Below, piece by piece: positions 54,040 to 64,000 of a DNA stretch of 64,000 nt. This DNA comes from an uncultured Alphaproteobacteria bacterium (lineage in GTDB: Bacteria > Pseudomonadota > Alphaproteobacteria > Rhizobiales > Xanthobacteraceae). A program made the position numbers and the translations under genes. How positions within the stretch are numbered: position 1 is the first letter of the stretch; each line of letters starts with the position of its first letter. Under the pieces are notes generated by a model. That model worked only from the letters and a program-made list of their open reading frames with translations, was not told the DNA's origin and did no database searches. The DNA is taken from contig CAWCGA010000008.1 in NCBI GenBank assembly GCA_963794775.1, positions 72,446-136,445 on the forward strand, read 5' to 3'.

Positions 54040-55530
54040 ATGGTCCTGCTGCTCACAGCGGGATTTTTGGTGCTGGTCGCGGTCAGCGTGGCCTGTGTGC
54101 TGTTCGTCAACAAGGCGCGCGAGGATTCAGGCTGGGTGGTGCACACCGTCGAGGTCGAGAACCAGACCAACGCGCTGTTGCTCGAAATCCGTCGGGCCGA
54201 AAGTGCGGCACGAGGCTACCTGCTGACCTCGGGTCCCGAATTCCTCAGCGACCATGAGGACGCGGTGGCGCAAATCCATCCGGATCTCGACAAGCTCGCC
54301 GGCATGATCGGCGATAACCCCGCGCAGCGCGAGAATATCCGCAAGATGCGCGCGGCGATCGACACGCGGCTCGGCCAATTCGCGCAGGAGATGGCGTTCG
54401 TCAGACAAGGCGAGCAAAACCGGGCCACCGCGCTGGTTCGCGAAGCGGCGGCCGGCAACACCACGTCCACCATCCGCGACGTCGGCGCAGCCATGCGCGA
54501 TGAGGAAATCCGGCTCCTCGCGCTGCGCACCTACAATTCCGACAACAGCCAGAAGATGGCGTCCTCCGTGACGATCGCGGGCTCGGGGCTCGTCATTGCG
54601 CTGGCCGGCATCTCGATCTTCCTGGTGCGGCGTGAAAGCCGGGCGCGCGATGCGGCCGAGTCGCGCCTGCGCGACAGCAACGTCAATCTCGAGGTAACGG
54701 TCGACGAGCGCACCGCCGATTTGCGCGAAGCCAACGAGGAAATCCAGCGCTTCGCCTATATCGTCAGCCACGATCTGCGCTCGCCGCTGGTGAACATCAT
54801 GGGCTTCACAAGCGAGCTCGAGGAGTTGCGCACCAGCATTTTCCGGCGCATCGCCGCACTTGGCCACGCGGTGGCTGCCGCTTCCGTGCCGGTCGCTCCC
54901 GTCGACGCCGAGCCTGCGCTGGAAGGCGAGGACGAGCAGCTCTCCGAGGATTTCACCGAAGCGCTCGGCTTCATCAAATCCTCGATCGCCAAGATGGACC
55001 GGCTGATCTCGGCAATCCTGAACCTGACCCGCGAGGGCAAGCGCGAATTCGAGCCGGTCCGCGTCGACATGCGCGAGCTGATCGAGGCGATCATCTCCAC
55101 GCTCGCGCACCAGGCCGACGAGGCCAAAGCCGAAATCCATGTCGCGCCCCTGCCCGACATCGTCAGCGACCGGCTGGCGCTGGAGCAAATCTTCTCCAAC
55201 ATCATCGACAACGCGATCAAATACCTCAAACCCGGCGTTCCCGGCGAGATCGCGATCCGCGGTCGAATCAAGCTCGGCTTTGCGGTGTTTGAAATCATCG
55301 ACAACGGACGCGGCATCGATTCCAAGGACCACCAGCGCATTTTCGACCTGTTCCGGCGCGCTGGAACCCAGGACAGGCCGGGTCAGGGCATCGGGCTCGC
55401 GCATGTCCGCGCACTTGTGCGCCGGCTCGGCGGAACCATGTCGGTATCCTCGGAGCTGAACCAGGGCAGCACCTTCACCATCACCCTTCCCATCACATGG
55501 AACATGGACGCATGGCGACCCCAGTCATAA
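54040..55530 (+). CDS. CHASE3 sensor histidine kinase (start uncertain)
   Basis: TM, WVVHT.EV..AESAARGYLLT (CHASE3), TM; FAYIVSHDLRSPL; N box; DNGRGI; GIGLA. Confidence 0.92.
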   Translation: MVLLLTAGFLVLVAVSVACVLFVNKAREDSGWVVHTVEVENQTNALLLEIRRAESAARGYLLTSGPEFLSDHEDAVAQIHPDLDKLAGMIGDNPAQRENIRKMRAAIDTRLGQFAQEMAFVRQGEQNRATALVREAAAGNTTSTIRDVGAAMRDEEIRLLALRTYNSDNSQKMASSVTIAGSGLVIALAGISIFLVRRESRARDAAESRLRDSNVNLEVTVDERTADLREANEEIQRFAYIVSHDLRSPLVNIMGFTSELEELRTSIFRRIAALGHAVAAASVPVAPVDAEPALEGEDEQLSEDFTEALGFIKSSIAKMDRLISAILNLTREGKREFEPVRVDMRELIEAIISTLAHQADEAKAEIHVAPLPDIVSDRLALEQIFSNIIDNAIKYLKPGVPGEIAIRGRIKLGFAVFEIIDNGRGIDSKDHQRIFDLFRRAGTQDRPGQGIGLAHVRALVRRLGGTMSVSSELNQGSTFTITLPITWNMDAWRPQS

Positions 55531-55952
55531 TTGTAATGATCGAAGACGATGAAGGGCACGCGCGCCTGATTGAGCGGAATATCCGGCGGTCAGGTGTCAA
55601 CAATGAGATCAAGCCGTTCAGCGACGGTACATCCGCCATGAACTACCTTCTCGGCAGAGACGGCAGCGGGATCGATCACAAGGGTCAGGCCTTGCTGATC
55701 CTGCTCGATCTCAATTTGCCCGACATGACCGGCATCGAGATCCTCCGTCAGGTCAAGGAAAACAAGTATTTGAAGAGTACGCCGGTGGTGGTGCTGACCA
55801 CGACCGACGATTCCAACGAAATCAAGCGCTGCTACGAGCTCGGCTGCAACGTCTACATTACCAAACCGGTCAACTACGAAAGCTTTGCCAACGCCATCCG
55901 GCAGTTGGGTCTATTCTTCTCCGTGATCCAGGTCCCCGCCGCCGCCTCATGA
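55512..55952 (+). CDS. Single-domain response regulator (Rcp1-like)
   Basis: MIEDD, LLDLNLPDMTG, VVLTT, YITKP. Confidence 0.93.
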   Translation: MATPVIIVMIEDDEGHARLIERNIRRSGVNNEIKPFSDGTSAMNYLLGRDGSGIDHKGQALLILLDLNLPDMTGIEILRQVKENKYLKSTPVVVLTTTDDSNEIKRCYELGCNVYITKPVNYESFANAIRQLGLFFSVIQVPAAAS

Positions 55953-57034
55953 ATTCAGCTTCACCAACGCTGCTCTATATCGACGACGACGCCGGACTCG
56001 CGCGTCTGGTCGACCGCGGCCTGTCGCGGCTCGGCTTGAAAGTCGTGCATGCCCAAAGCGGCACGCGCGGGCTGGAACGGCTCCGCGAGGGCGGCATCGA
56101 CGTGGTCGCGCTCGACCAGTACATGCCGGAAATGGACGGGCTGGAGACGCTGGAGCGGATCATGGCGATCCCAGGCGCACCGCCCGTGGTGTTCGTCACG
56201 GCTTCGCAGGATTCCAGCATCGCGGTGACGGCGCTAAAGGCGGGTGCCGCCGACTATCTCGTCAAGGATACGCGCGGCGAGTTCATTCCGCTGCTGCAGG
56301 TCGCCGTCGACGGCGCGCTCAAGCAGGCGGCGCTGCAAAAGGCCCGCGACGAGGCCGAGGCCGAGGTGCATGCCTCGCGCGATCGCTACGCCGCGCTCGC
56401 CGCCGAGCGCGAGCTGTTGCTGCGCGAGGTCAACCATCGCGTCGGCAACTCGCTGCAGATCATCGCCTCGCTGCTGCATCTGCAGGCCAACTCCGCCACG
56501 CAAGACGACGTCAAGGCGGCGCTGACCAATGCCATGGGCCGCGTTGCCGCGGTCGCGCAGGTGCATCGCCGCCTCTACACCTCGCAGGACCTCAAGAGCG
56601 TGCTGCTCAATCAATATCTCGACGCCCTGCTTGACGATCTCCGCCGCTCCGCCGAGGGCAACCGGATGTCGCGGCTCACGTTGAAAGCCGAGCCGATCGA
56701 GATCGATCCCGACCGCGCGGTGGCGATCGGCATCGTCGCCAACGAGCTCGTCATGAACGCGGTCAAATACGCCTATCCCGACGGCGCGGGGCCGATCCAT
56801 GTCGACCTGCGCAGCGAGGGCAACGACATCGTGCTGTCGATCAGCGACGACGGGGTTGGCACCAACGGCAAGAGCGATCCCCGCTCTACCGGAATGGGCC
56901 AGCGCATTGTCAGCGCCATGGCCACCAAGCTGGAAGCCACCGCCGAGCGCGATCCCAACCACCGGGGAACGCGGATCGTGCTGCGGTTCGCCCTCATCAA
57001 GGCCGCAAAAGCTGCGAGCGCGGCTGCGAAGTAA
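55949..57034 (+). CDS. Receiver + HisKA_2-type histidine kinase
   Basis: YIDDD..LDQYMP..YLVK; LLREVNHRVGNSLQ; NELVMNAVKYA; DDGVG. Confidence 0.92.
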   Translation: MNSASPTLLYIDDDAGLARLVDRGLSRLGLKVVHAQSGTRGLERLREGGIDVVALDQYMPEMDGLETLERIMAIPGAPPVVFVTASQDSSIAVTALKAGAADYLVKDTRGEFIPLLQVAVDGALKQAALQKARDEAEAEVHASRDRYAALAAERELLLREVNHRVGNSLQIIASLLHLQANSATQDDVKAALTNAMGRVAAVAQVHRRLYTSQDLKSVLLNQYLDALLDDLRRSAEGNRMSRLTLKAEPIEIDPDRAVAIGIVANELVMNAVKYAYPDGAGPIHVDLRSEGNDIVLSISDDGVGTNGKSDPRSTGMGQRIVSAMATKLEATAERDPNHRGTRIVLRFALIKAAKAASAAAK

Positions 57035-57082
57035 GGCATAGCAGGCATCGCCGCCGTCCGTCCGCCCTGCTATCCTCACCCC

Positions 57083-57764
57083 ATGACGTCGCGCGACTCC
57101 GCCAACGCCGAGATCACACCCGAAGTGCTGCTGCGCGCTTACGCCTGCGGCATCTTCCCGATGGCCGAGAGCGCCGACGACCCGACGCTGTTCTGGGTCG
57201 AGCCTGAATTGCGCGGGGTGATCCCGCTCAACGGCTTCCGCGTCTCGTCGCGGCTGGCGCGCACCGTGCGCTCGGACGCCTTCACCATCACCGTCAACAA
57301 GTCCTTCAAGGCGCGTGATCGCGGGCTGCGCCGCGCCCGCCGAGGGCCGCGAGGAGACCTGGATCAACAAGCGCATCCGCGATCTCTATTTCGGCCTGCA
57401 TGCGCTGGGCCACGGCCACAGCATCGAGGCCTGGCAGGATGGCGATCTCGTCGGCGGGCTCTATGGTGTCAGCCTCGGGCGCGCTTTCTTCGGCGAGAGC
57501 ATGTTCCACCGCGTCCGCGACGCCTCCAAGGTGGCGCTGGTGCATCTGGTGGCGCGTCTGATCACGGGCGGCTTCGAGCTGCTCGATACCCAATATGTCA
57601 CCGAGCATCTCAAAAGTTTTGGTGCGACAGAGATTGCACGGAAGCGCTACACCACGCTGCTCGACAAGGCGTTGCTCGGCGAGCCCGCCGATTTCATGCG
57701 CCTGACCTTCAGCCGGCCGGTCAAGGGCGAGGAAGCGCTTGCGATCATCGCCGAGCGGCAGTGA
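57083..57764 (+). CDS. aat: Leucyl/phenylalanyl-tRNA--protein transferase; frameshift near 57314
   Basis: [50 protein letters not shown]. Confidence 0.95.
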
Positions 57765-57773
57765 TTTCCGCGT

Positions 57774-58934
57774 TCACCCCGGAGACGGGATCGCCTGCAA
57801 GACGTCCTTGAAAACATCGTACTGAAGTTGAAACGCGCGCGGGCTGTAGTCCTGGTAATATCCCGCGGTCACGACGACGACGAGATCGAGCTCCGGGACG
57901 ATGTGGATCGACTGCCCGCCGCGGCCGAGCGCGGTGGCCCAGTGCACCTCCCGCCCATTGATCAGGGAGCGGCCGAGCCACCAGAGATATCCATAGAAAT
58001 AGCGGCCGGTGGCTTCCAGCCGCGGTGTCATCGAGGCGTCGATCCATGCCTTTGATACGATCTGGCGACCGTTCCAGCTGCCGCCGGCAAGCACGAGCTG
58101 GCCGATCTTCACCATGTCGCGCGGCCGCAGGCGCAACCCTCCTCCGGTATCGGTATCCCCCTTGTACCGCCTCCACTCCAGGCGGGTGATGCCCAGAGGC
58201 TCGAACAAATTCTCGCGTGCAAATTCGTCGAGCGGCCGTCCGGTCGCTTTGCGGATGATGGCTGACAGCAGCCTCAGCGCGCCGGTGTTGTAGAAGAACT
58301 CCTGTCCCGGAGGGGCCGTCGACGGAAGACCGAGGACGTAACGACACGGATCCGGCGCCGTATTCATGCGCGCCTCGTCGTTGTTGTCATTCCCGGTGCT
58401 CGGGGTCGCCTCAACCCACCTCAGACCCATCGACATGGTGAGTGCGTGCGATAGCCGCAGTCCATCCTTTTCAGGGGTGTGCAAGTCGGACAATTCGGGG
58501 AAAAAGCTGAAGATCGGTTCGTCGACGCTGCGGATGATGCCCATGATCAATCGCAATACCGAGCACAAGTGACGCGACGCTCTTCGAAACCGATTTCATG
58601 TCGTGCAGCGTGTCTGCATCGAAGGTGGCGTTTGCAATCCGGCGATCGTAGATTCTCGTCGGTCCCCTTCAAGTACCGCTCGAACACCAGCTTGCCGCCG
58701 CGCGCGACCAGAACAGCGTGCACGTTGGCGCCGGAAGACGCGAGCCGGTCCGCCATCCTGCACAGCGCATCGCGGTCGACGAGCTTGTCGTCATTCGCGG
58801 GGGCGACGGTCCAGCCGTCCTCGCGCGCAACCGGAACGCCGCAGCCGTCGGACGGCTCCGCGTACACCGCGCAATGCGGTAAGCGGCGTCAGGGCAGCGC
58901 CACCGAGAAGCGAAACAAACTCGCGCCGTCTCAT
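57774..58934 (-). CDS. Serine hydrolase (beta-lactamase class C/NylB-like) with a twin-Arg leader; frameshifts near 58865, 58650 and 58540
   Basis: MRRREFV leader; [17 protein letters not shown]; HDMKSVSKS (SxxK) in an intermediate frame; FFYNTG; YGYLWW; GRGGQ. Confidence 0.8.
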
Positions 58935-58955
58935 TTGGTCCTCCCGTTCAGCCGT

Positions 58956-59858
58956 TCATGCAACCGCGGTACCGACAGTTTGTCTGGAATGGTGCGCTGC
59001 TGGCGTCGCAACGGATGGCACCGCAGTCCCTCCGTCGGGAGGACCGAACACACAAGCCAACCTGTCACGCCAGGAGCGCGCGTGCCAGAGGTCACGCGCT
59101 AGCGCCGCCCACGCGTGAAACGCGATGATAACGGGATTATTGGAGCGCAGCGGCTTCACCAGGCCGTAGCGGCACGGCAGGTCGTCCCGCTCGGCCACGA
59201 AGGTCCCGAACAGGCGATCGAACACGATGAAGATGCCGCCGTAATTGCGGTCGAGATATTCCGGATTGGCGGCATGGTGCACGCGATGGTGCGAGGGTGT
59301 GTTGAGTACATATTCCAGCCAGCCGAGTTTTGGAATCCACTCGGCGTGCAGCCAGAATTGATAGAGCAGGTTGACGGCAGCGGCGATGAACACCGGGCCG
59401 GGCGCGAAGCCGAGCCAGATCATCGGCACGTAGAAAATGGCCGCACCGGTCAATTGCCCGGTCCAGCCGAAACGGTAGGAGGCGGCAAGGTTGAACTCGT
59501 TCGAGGAGTGATGGATCGCATGGGTCGCCCAGAACCAGCGCACGCGGTGGCTGCAGCGATGGAACCAGTAATAGCTGAAGTCCTGGCCGATCACGAGCAG
59601 CACGACGGAAGCAGTGCTTTTGAGCGGTACCGTGAACAGGCGATGGCTCCAGGCAAAATCGATCGCCGGCCCCGCGAGGCTGAGCGGCAGGAACGCGTAA
59701 ACGAAATATTGCCGGCCGAGCGCGTCGACGAGCGAGGCCAGCCAGGCTCGCCAGTTGTAGTCTCGCCGCATCACCAGGGCGATGACGATGCCCTCCAGTG
59801 TCGCGATCACGATCACGGCGGGAAGCGCGAATTGCAGCACTTGAATGAGAAGCGACAT
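58956..59858 (-). CDS. Sterol desaturase / fatty acid hydroxylase superfamily protein (alkylglycerol monooxygenase-like)
   Basis: His boxes YYWFHRCSH, HAIHHSS, QFWLH, TPSHHRVHH; DRNYGG..DRLFGTF. Confidence 0.9.
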   Translation of the reverse strand: MSLLIQVLQFALPAVIVIATLEGIVIALVMRRDYNWRAWLASLVDALGRQYFVYAFLPLSLAGPAIDFAWSHRLFTVPLKSTASVVLLVIGQDFSYYWFHRCSHRVRWFWATHAIHHSSNEFNLAASYRFGWTGQLTGAAIFYVPMIWLGFAPGPVFIAAAVNLLYQFWLHAEWIPKLGWLEYVLNTPSHHRVHHAANPEYLDRNYGGIFIVFDRLFGTFVAERDDLPCRYGLVKPLRSNNPVIIAFHAWAALARDLWHARSWRDRLACVFGPPDGGTAVPSVATPAAHHSRQTVGTAVA

Positions 59859-59922
59859 GCCAATCCTCCGCGAGCCACCTGCCCGCCAGTTGAAGGGTTG
59901 CACATGTGAAACGCCGCTTCTC

Positions 59923-59956
59923 GCCGATTTCCGGGGCGAAGCTGGCCGATTTCTGG
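59923..59956. promoter_or_regulatory. Tandem direct repeat, putative AraC binding site
   Basis: GCCGATTTCYGG at 59923 and 59945 (22-bp period), between the araC stop and the desaturase start. Confidence 0.55.
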
Positions 59957-59962
59957 AAACGG

Positions 59963-61051
59963 TCAGCCGTTTTCTTGAATTTGCACCGGCTCAGCGTTCG
60001 CCGCATCGAGGCGAGCGCGCCGATACTCCGATGGCGTCAGCCCGGTATGCGCCTTGAAGGCCCGATTGAACGGCCCGATCGAACCGAAGCCGGCGTCCAG
60101 CGCAATCGTCAGGATCGGCACGTCGGCCTGGACGGGGTCGGCCAGCGCAGTCTCGGCCTCGGTCAGGCGATAGCCGTTGATGAACGCGCTGAAATTGCGA
60201 TGGCCGAGTTGCTCGTTGATGAGACGGCGCAGCCGATATTCGGGAATGTCGAGCTTTTGCGCCAATGACGCGATGCTGAGGTCCGGCTCGCGATAGACCA
60301 TGTCGTGGTCAATCAGCTTGCGCAGCGCGGTGAGCAACGCCGCGTCCGGGCCGGTCGGAGATGCCGGCGCCCGCAGGCCGTTGCTCAGGGATTGCGCCGG
60401 CGCGGGCCGGGGCGCCGCAGGCGTCAACGGATGTCCGATCGATGGCAGCGAGTCCAACACCGCGAACAGGCAAACCAGGCTTATCAAACCGACCGCATTG
60501 GCGAGACTGAGCGATGCAACCGACAGGCCGCCGGGCCAGAGCCAGTCGGAGGTCACGATCAGTACCGTGTAGAGGGCAATCGCAACTGCATACACCATAC
60601 GAAGCCGGCGCCGGCCTTCAACCAGATCCGTCGCCCGGCCAGCCAGCACATGCCAGAGGGCAAGCAGAACACACGACAGTGACAGGGCGGAATGCACCGC
60701 AAAGAGCGACGTCGAGCGCACCCACATCTCGATGACAGCGACCGTGGCCAGCGCGAGCCAGGCGAGCGTGTGGTACCAGCGGGGACGAAAGTCATCGACG
60801 AAAAACGCAGCAATCGTGATCCAGAATGCGGCCGGCGTCCCGCAACTGACGACGTGGACGGGAAGTCTCCAGTGCAAATCCAGCGTGTAGAAGCCTGGCG
60901 AGGACTCGACGACGTAGGCCGCGACACCCGACACGAACAGGAGCGACCAGCGGCTGATTTGATCGCTGCGCGCGTTCTGCAGGTGGGCTACGGCGCGCAG
61001 CAGGAGCACGATAACTGCCCCTCCCCGCAACGCGGCTTCCAAGGTCGACAT
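59963..61051 (-). CDS. AraC-family regulator with a multi-TM N-terminal sensor
   Basis: About 6-7 hydrophobic segments; YREPDLSIASLA..EYRLRRLIN..NF..FIN.YR; IALDAGFGSIGPFNRAFK..G.TPSEYR. Confidence 0.9.
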   Translation of the reverse strand: MSTLEAALRGGAVIVLLLRAVAHLQNARSDQISRWSLLFVSGVAAYVVESSPGFYTLDLHWRLPVHVVSCGTPAAFWITIAAFFVDDFRPRWYHTLAWLALATVAVIEMWVRSTSLFAVHSALSLSCVLLALWHVLAGRATDLVEGRRRLRMVYAVAIALYTVLIVTSDWLWPGGLSVASLSLANAVGLISLVCLFAVLDSLPSIGHPLTPAAPRPAPAQSLSNGLRAPASPTGPDAALLTALRKLIDHDMVYREPDLSIASLAQKLDIPEYRLRRLINEQLGHRNFSAFINGYRLTEAETALADPVQADVPILTIALDAGFGSIGPFNRAFKAHTGLTPSEYRRARLDAANAEPVQIQENG

Positions 61052-61209
61052 CTGATGGTCCGTCAGGATTCTTGCGCGCGGGAGAATCGCATCGGGGTCA
61101 ATGGTGTCAACAGGGCGCGAGCTGATATGCGTCGAGTGAAATCTCGCGCAGCTCATTCGTCGCCGAGCGGAGCAACGATCCGACGCTGTTCCGTGTCGGT
61201 TTTGGCTCG

Positions 61210-62226
61210 CTAGTTGTTCCCGAACAATCCGCCGAACAGGCCGCCCGGCCGCTGCTGTTGCGGCTGCGGAGGTGGCGGCGGCGGTTGCTGCTGCTGGAAT
61301 TGCGGCTGCGGCGGCGGGCGCGGCGCGGCCTGCTTCGGCGGCGGCGGACGCTTCTGTGCCGGCGGCGCGGCCGGCGCAGGCGTCGGCGTCGCGGTCGGCG
61401 CGGCGCTGACGATCGTCTGGTCCGGCCCTTTACAGTCGGTCAGCCAGATATCGTAGACCGGATGCTCAACGCCGTGCAGGCCGGGGCTTGCCGCATACAT
61501 CCAGCCCGAAAAGATTCGCTTCACCTCACCTTGCAGCGTGATTTCATCGACCTCGACAAAGGCATCGGTGTTGGTGGCTTCGGTCGCAGGCCGCGTGTAG
61601 CAGGCGTCGGTCTTCACCCGGAGCGCGCCGAACTGCACGGTCTCGCCGATATCCTCATCGAAATTGATGATGCGGCCGGTGATCTTGTCGAGGCCGGAGA
61701 AGCTCGCCTTCTTGTTGGTGACCTTGGACGCCGGCGGCTCCTGCACCACCTCGTCACCGGGCTGCAAAGTCGCGGGTGCAGCCGGCGCGCCCTTCGGTTG
61801 GCGCTGTCCGGGCGGCAAGCCCGGCAGTGTGGGATTCGCACCGGGCGGCAATGCTGCGTTCTGGCCAGGCTGAGGCGCCTGCCCCGGCTGTGGCGGCTGT
61901 ACGGCAACCGCGGGCGGCGCGTTTTGCGGAACGACGGTGGTACCGGGTGGTGGCGCCAGGGGCTGCGTCTGCACCGGCCCCGGCAGGGCCGACTCGCGCG
62001 GACGGTTCGGCGCCGGCAGCACGCGGCCCTGCGGCAGCGCGGGGACCGCCTCCTCTTCTTCCTCGGGCGGCGGCTGGTTCTGATTGCCGCGCGGAATGTT
62101 GCCGGGCGGGCGCGGCACCGGATCGGAAAAGATGTTGCCGATCTGCGCGCGCGCAGGCGTGTCCACGGACACTGCCAAGCCGGTGATGAGGGCCGCCAAA
62201 CCGGCCAGGACAATGGTTCGATGCAT
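61210..62226 (-). CDS. DUF2155 domain exported Pro/Gln-rich protein
   Basis: FSGLDKITGR, VQFGALRV..C, IFSGWMYAASPGLHGVEHPVYDIWL..C. Confidence 0.88.
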   Translation of the reverse strand: MHRTIVLAGLAALITGLAVSVDTPARAQIGNIFSDPVPRPPGNIPRGNQNQPPPEEEEEAVPALPQGRVLPAPNRPRESALPGPVQTQPLAPPPGTTVVPQNAPPAVAVQPPQPGQAPQPGQNAALPPGANPTLPGLPPGQRQPKGAPAAPATLQPGDEVVQEPPASKVTNKKASFSGLDKITGRIINFDEDIGETVQFGALRVKTDACYTRPATEATNTDAFVEVDEITLQGEVKRIFSGWMYAASPGLHGVEHPVYDIWLTDCKGPDQTIVSAAPTATPTPAPAAPPAQKRPPPPKQAAPRPPPQPQFQQQQPPPPPPQPQQQRPGGLFGGLFGNN

Positions 62227-62444
62227 CTCGCGCGGCTTCAAGGGCGAATCGGAAGGCATTGTACAATGGATGGTTTTAGCCGCCGCTCGCGGCGAACCGG
62301 TTAACACGCCGAATGCGGCGGGGAAAGGGCGGCTGCCCTATCCCTGCCCCTAGTCCGCCCTTGCCGGAGATGAAATAGTTCGGCTCAAAGTCGCGCGGAA
62401 CACTGCGCTCTGAGCCGGGTAACCGGAGCAAACAGGGAGAAAAC

Positions 62445-63230
62445 ATGCCCGATCGCATTCGTATGGACGGCCGGGTTGCCGTCGTGACCGGGGCCGCCGG
62501 CGTCATCGGGCGTGCGACCGTGCGCCTGCTCGCCGAGCGCGGTGCGCGCATTGTCGCGGTCGACCGCAAGGGCGCCGACCTCGACGGCGCCATCAAGGAT
62601 CTGCCGGCCTCGGCGCAGGCGCTGGCCGTGACATCAGACGTCACCGACGAGGATGAGGTGAAGGAGTATGTGCGCAAGGCAGTCGACAAGTTCGGCACCA
62701 TCGACGCGTTCCACAACAATGCCGGGGTCGAGGGTGAGGTCAAATCGATCGTCGACTATCCGCTGGACTCGTTTCGCCGCGTGCTCGACGTCAACGTAAC
62801 CGGCGTCTTCCTCGGCATGAAGCATGTGCTGCCCGTGATGCTGAAGCAGAACAAGGGCAGCATCATCAACACCGCATCGATCGCGGGCTTGTTCGGCTCG
62901 CCGCATCTGGCGGTCTATAGCGCCAGCAAGCATGCGGTGATCGGGCTCACAAAAAGCGCGGCCCGCGAATGCACCAACACGGGTGTGCGCGTCAACTGCG
63001 TCTGCCCGGGCATGATCGACAGCCGCATGCTGAGCGCGATCTTTCAGGGCCGCTTCGGCGGCAACGCGCCGCCACCGCCCGAGAAGATCGTCGAGCGCGT
63101 CCCGGCGCGGCGCCTGGGCCAGGCGTCCGAGATTGCATCAATTGTCGCATTCCTTGCCTCGGACGAAGCAAGCTATGTCTCCGGCTCCGCCTACACCGCC
63201 GATGGCGGCGCCACCGCCTCCGTGCTCTGA
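62445..63230 (+). CDS. SDR oxidoreductase
   Basis: VTGAAGVIG, NNAG, YSASKHAVIGLTKS, DGG; GGGAGA RBS. Confidence 0.92.
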   Translation: MPDRIRMDGRVAVVTGAAGVIGRATVRLLAERGARIVAVDRKGADLDGAIKDLPASAQALAVTSDVTDEDEVKEYVRKAVDKFGTIDAFHNNAGVEGEVKSIVDYPLDSFRRVLDVNVTGVFLGMKHVLPVMLKQNKGSIINTASIAGLFGSPHLAVYSASKHAVIGLTKSAARECTNTGVRVNCVCPGMIDSRMLSAIFQGRFGGNAPPPPEKIVERVPARRLGQASEIASIVAFLASDEASYVSGSAYTADGGATASVL

Positions 63231-63262
63231 TCGTTTCAACCAAATCAAAAGGTTTTTTCAGT

Positions 63263-64000
63263 ATGCCCGTCGTTCTCGATCCCGATGCCGCCGCCGTTTA
63301 CGAGGCCTTCAAGGCCGCCGGCCGTCCCGCCTATGAGACGCTGACCGCGCCGGAAGCGCGCGAATTCTATAATCAGGCGCGCTTTGTCAGCAATCCCGAG
63401 CCGCCTGCGCTTGAATCTGCCAAAGACATCGCGATCCCTGCCCCGCACGGTGCGATTCCGGCGCGGCTCTACACGCCGAAGACGCTGCGGAAGAAAAATG
63501 GTCTCGCGCCATGCCTCGTCTTCTTCCATGGCGGCGGCTGGGTGATCGGCAACATCGAAACCCATGACGTGGTCTGCCGCAAGCTCGCGCATGAAGGCGA
63601 GTTGCTGGTGCTCTCCGTCGACTATCGGCTGGCGCCCGAGCACCGTTTTCCCGCAGCCGTCGAGGACTCCATCACCGCGACCAAATGGGCCGCCGACCAT
63701 GCGAAGGAGCTCGGCATCGACGCCTCACGGCTGCTGGTTGGCGGCGACAGCGCCGGCGGCAACATGGCCGCGGTGGTCGCGATCGCCGGGCGCGACGGCC
63801 TTGCGGCAAAACTCGCAGGCCAGGTGTTGATCTATCCCTCGACCGATTTCACGCGCTCGCACGCCTCGCACAAGGATCCCACCACCTCGATCCTGCTGAC
63901 GCATTCGGTCATCACCTGGTTCATGGAGAACTACATGGGCGGGGCCGACATGAACGACTGGCGCTGCTCGCCTGCGCGGGTCAAATCACTGGCGGGGCTG
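63263..64000 (+). CDS. HSL-family esterase / alpha-beta hydrolase (runs off the window end; absent from the ORF track)
   Basis: Manual translation from ATG 63263: MPVVLDPDA..VFFHGGGWVIG..SVDYRLAPEHRFPAAVED..GGDSAGGN. Confidence 0.9.
   Translation, partial: MPVVLDPDAAAVYEAFKAAGRPAYETLTAPEAREFYNQARFVSNPEPPALESAKDIAIPAPHGAIPARLYTPKTLRKKNGLAPCLVFFHGGGWVIGNIETHDVVCRKLAHEGELLVLSVDYRLAPEHRFPAAVEDSITATKWAADHAKELGIDASRLLVGGDSAGGNMAAVVAIAGRDGLAAKLAGQVLIYPSTDFTRSHASHKDPTTSILLTHSVITWFMENYMGGADMNDWRCSPARVKSLAGL

Overview
GC-rich alphaproteobacterial chromosome segment. Gene content and order (suf cluster, anmK-tyrS, prfB-mrcA-amiC-rne, aroQ-accBC-aat) point to Bradyrhizobium/Nitrobacteraceae; this is an inference from recognised families, not a database result. 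Most of the window is housekeeping. I found no rRNA, tRNA, CRISPR array, transposase or integrase. There are two accessory patches. (1) About 0.1-8.1 kb is an islet of mostly exported proteins: a ModA-like binding protein, an orphan Rap1a-like immunity protein, a TPR protein, two convergent Omp25-type porins and three tandem ~80-aa two-cysteine paralogues with a hypervariable loop. It is punctuated by degenerate GTCCG..AAGCGGAC hairpin repeats and a ~500-bp highly structured non-coding element, and is the best candidate for something undescribed. (2) About 57.8-61.2 kb is a membrane-AraC / sterol-desaturase-family / serine-hydrolase module. Visible regulatory motifs include a CtrA box before amiC, two EcfG-type promoters, two Irr/ICE-like boxes before sufB, a perfect palindrome before a GST gene, and the programmed prfB frameshift. 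Many frameshifts, dense at 30.5-47.8 kb and affecting core genes, look like long-read consensus errors rather than pseudogenes. Two invariant Ser-to-Leu changes in suf genes fall exactly on would-be GANTC (CcrM) sites. Joined-frame gene boundaries and frameshift positions are approximate.
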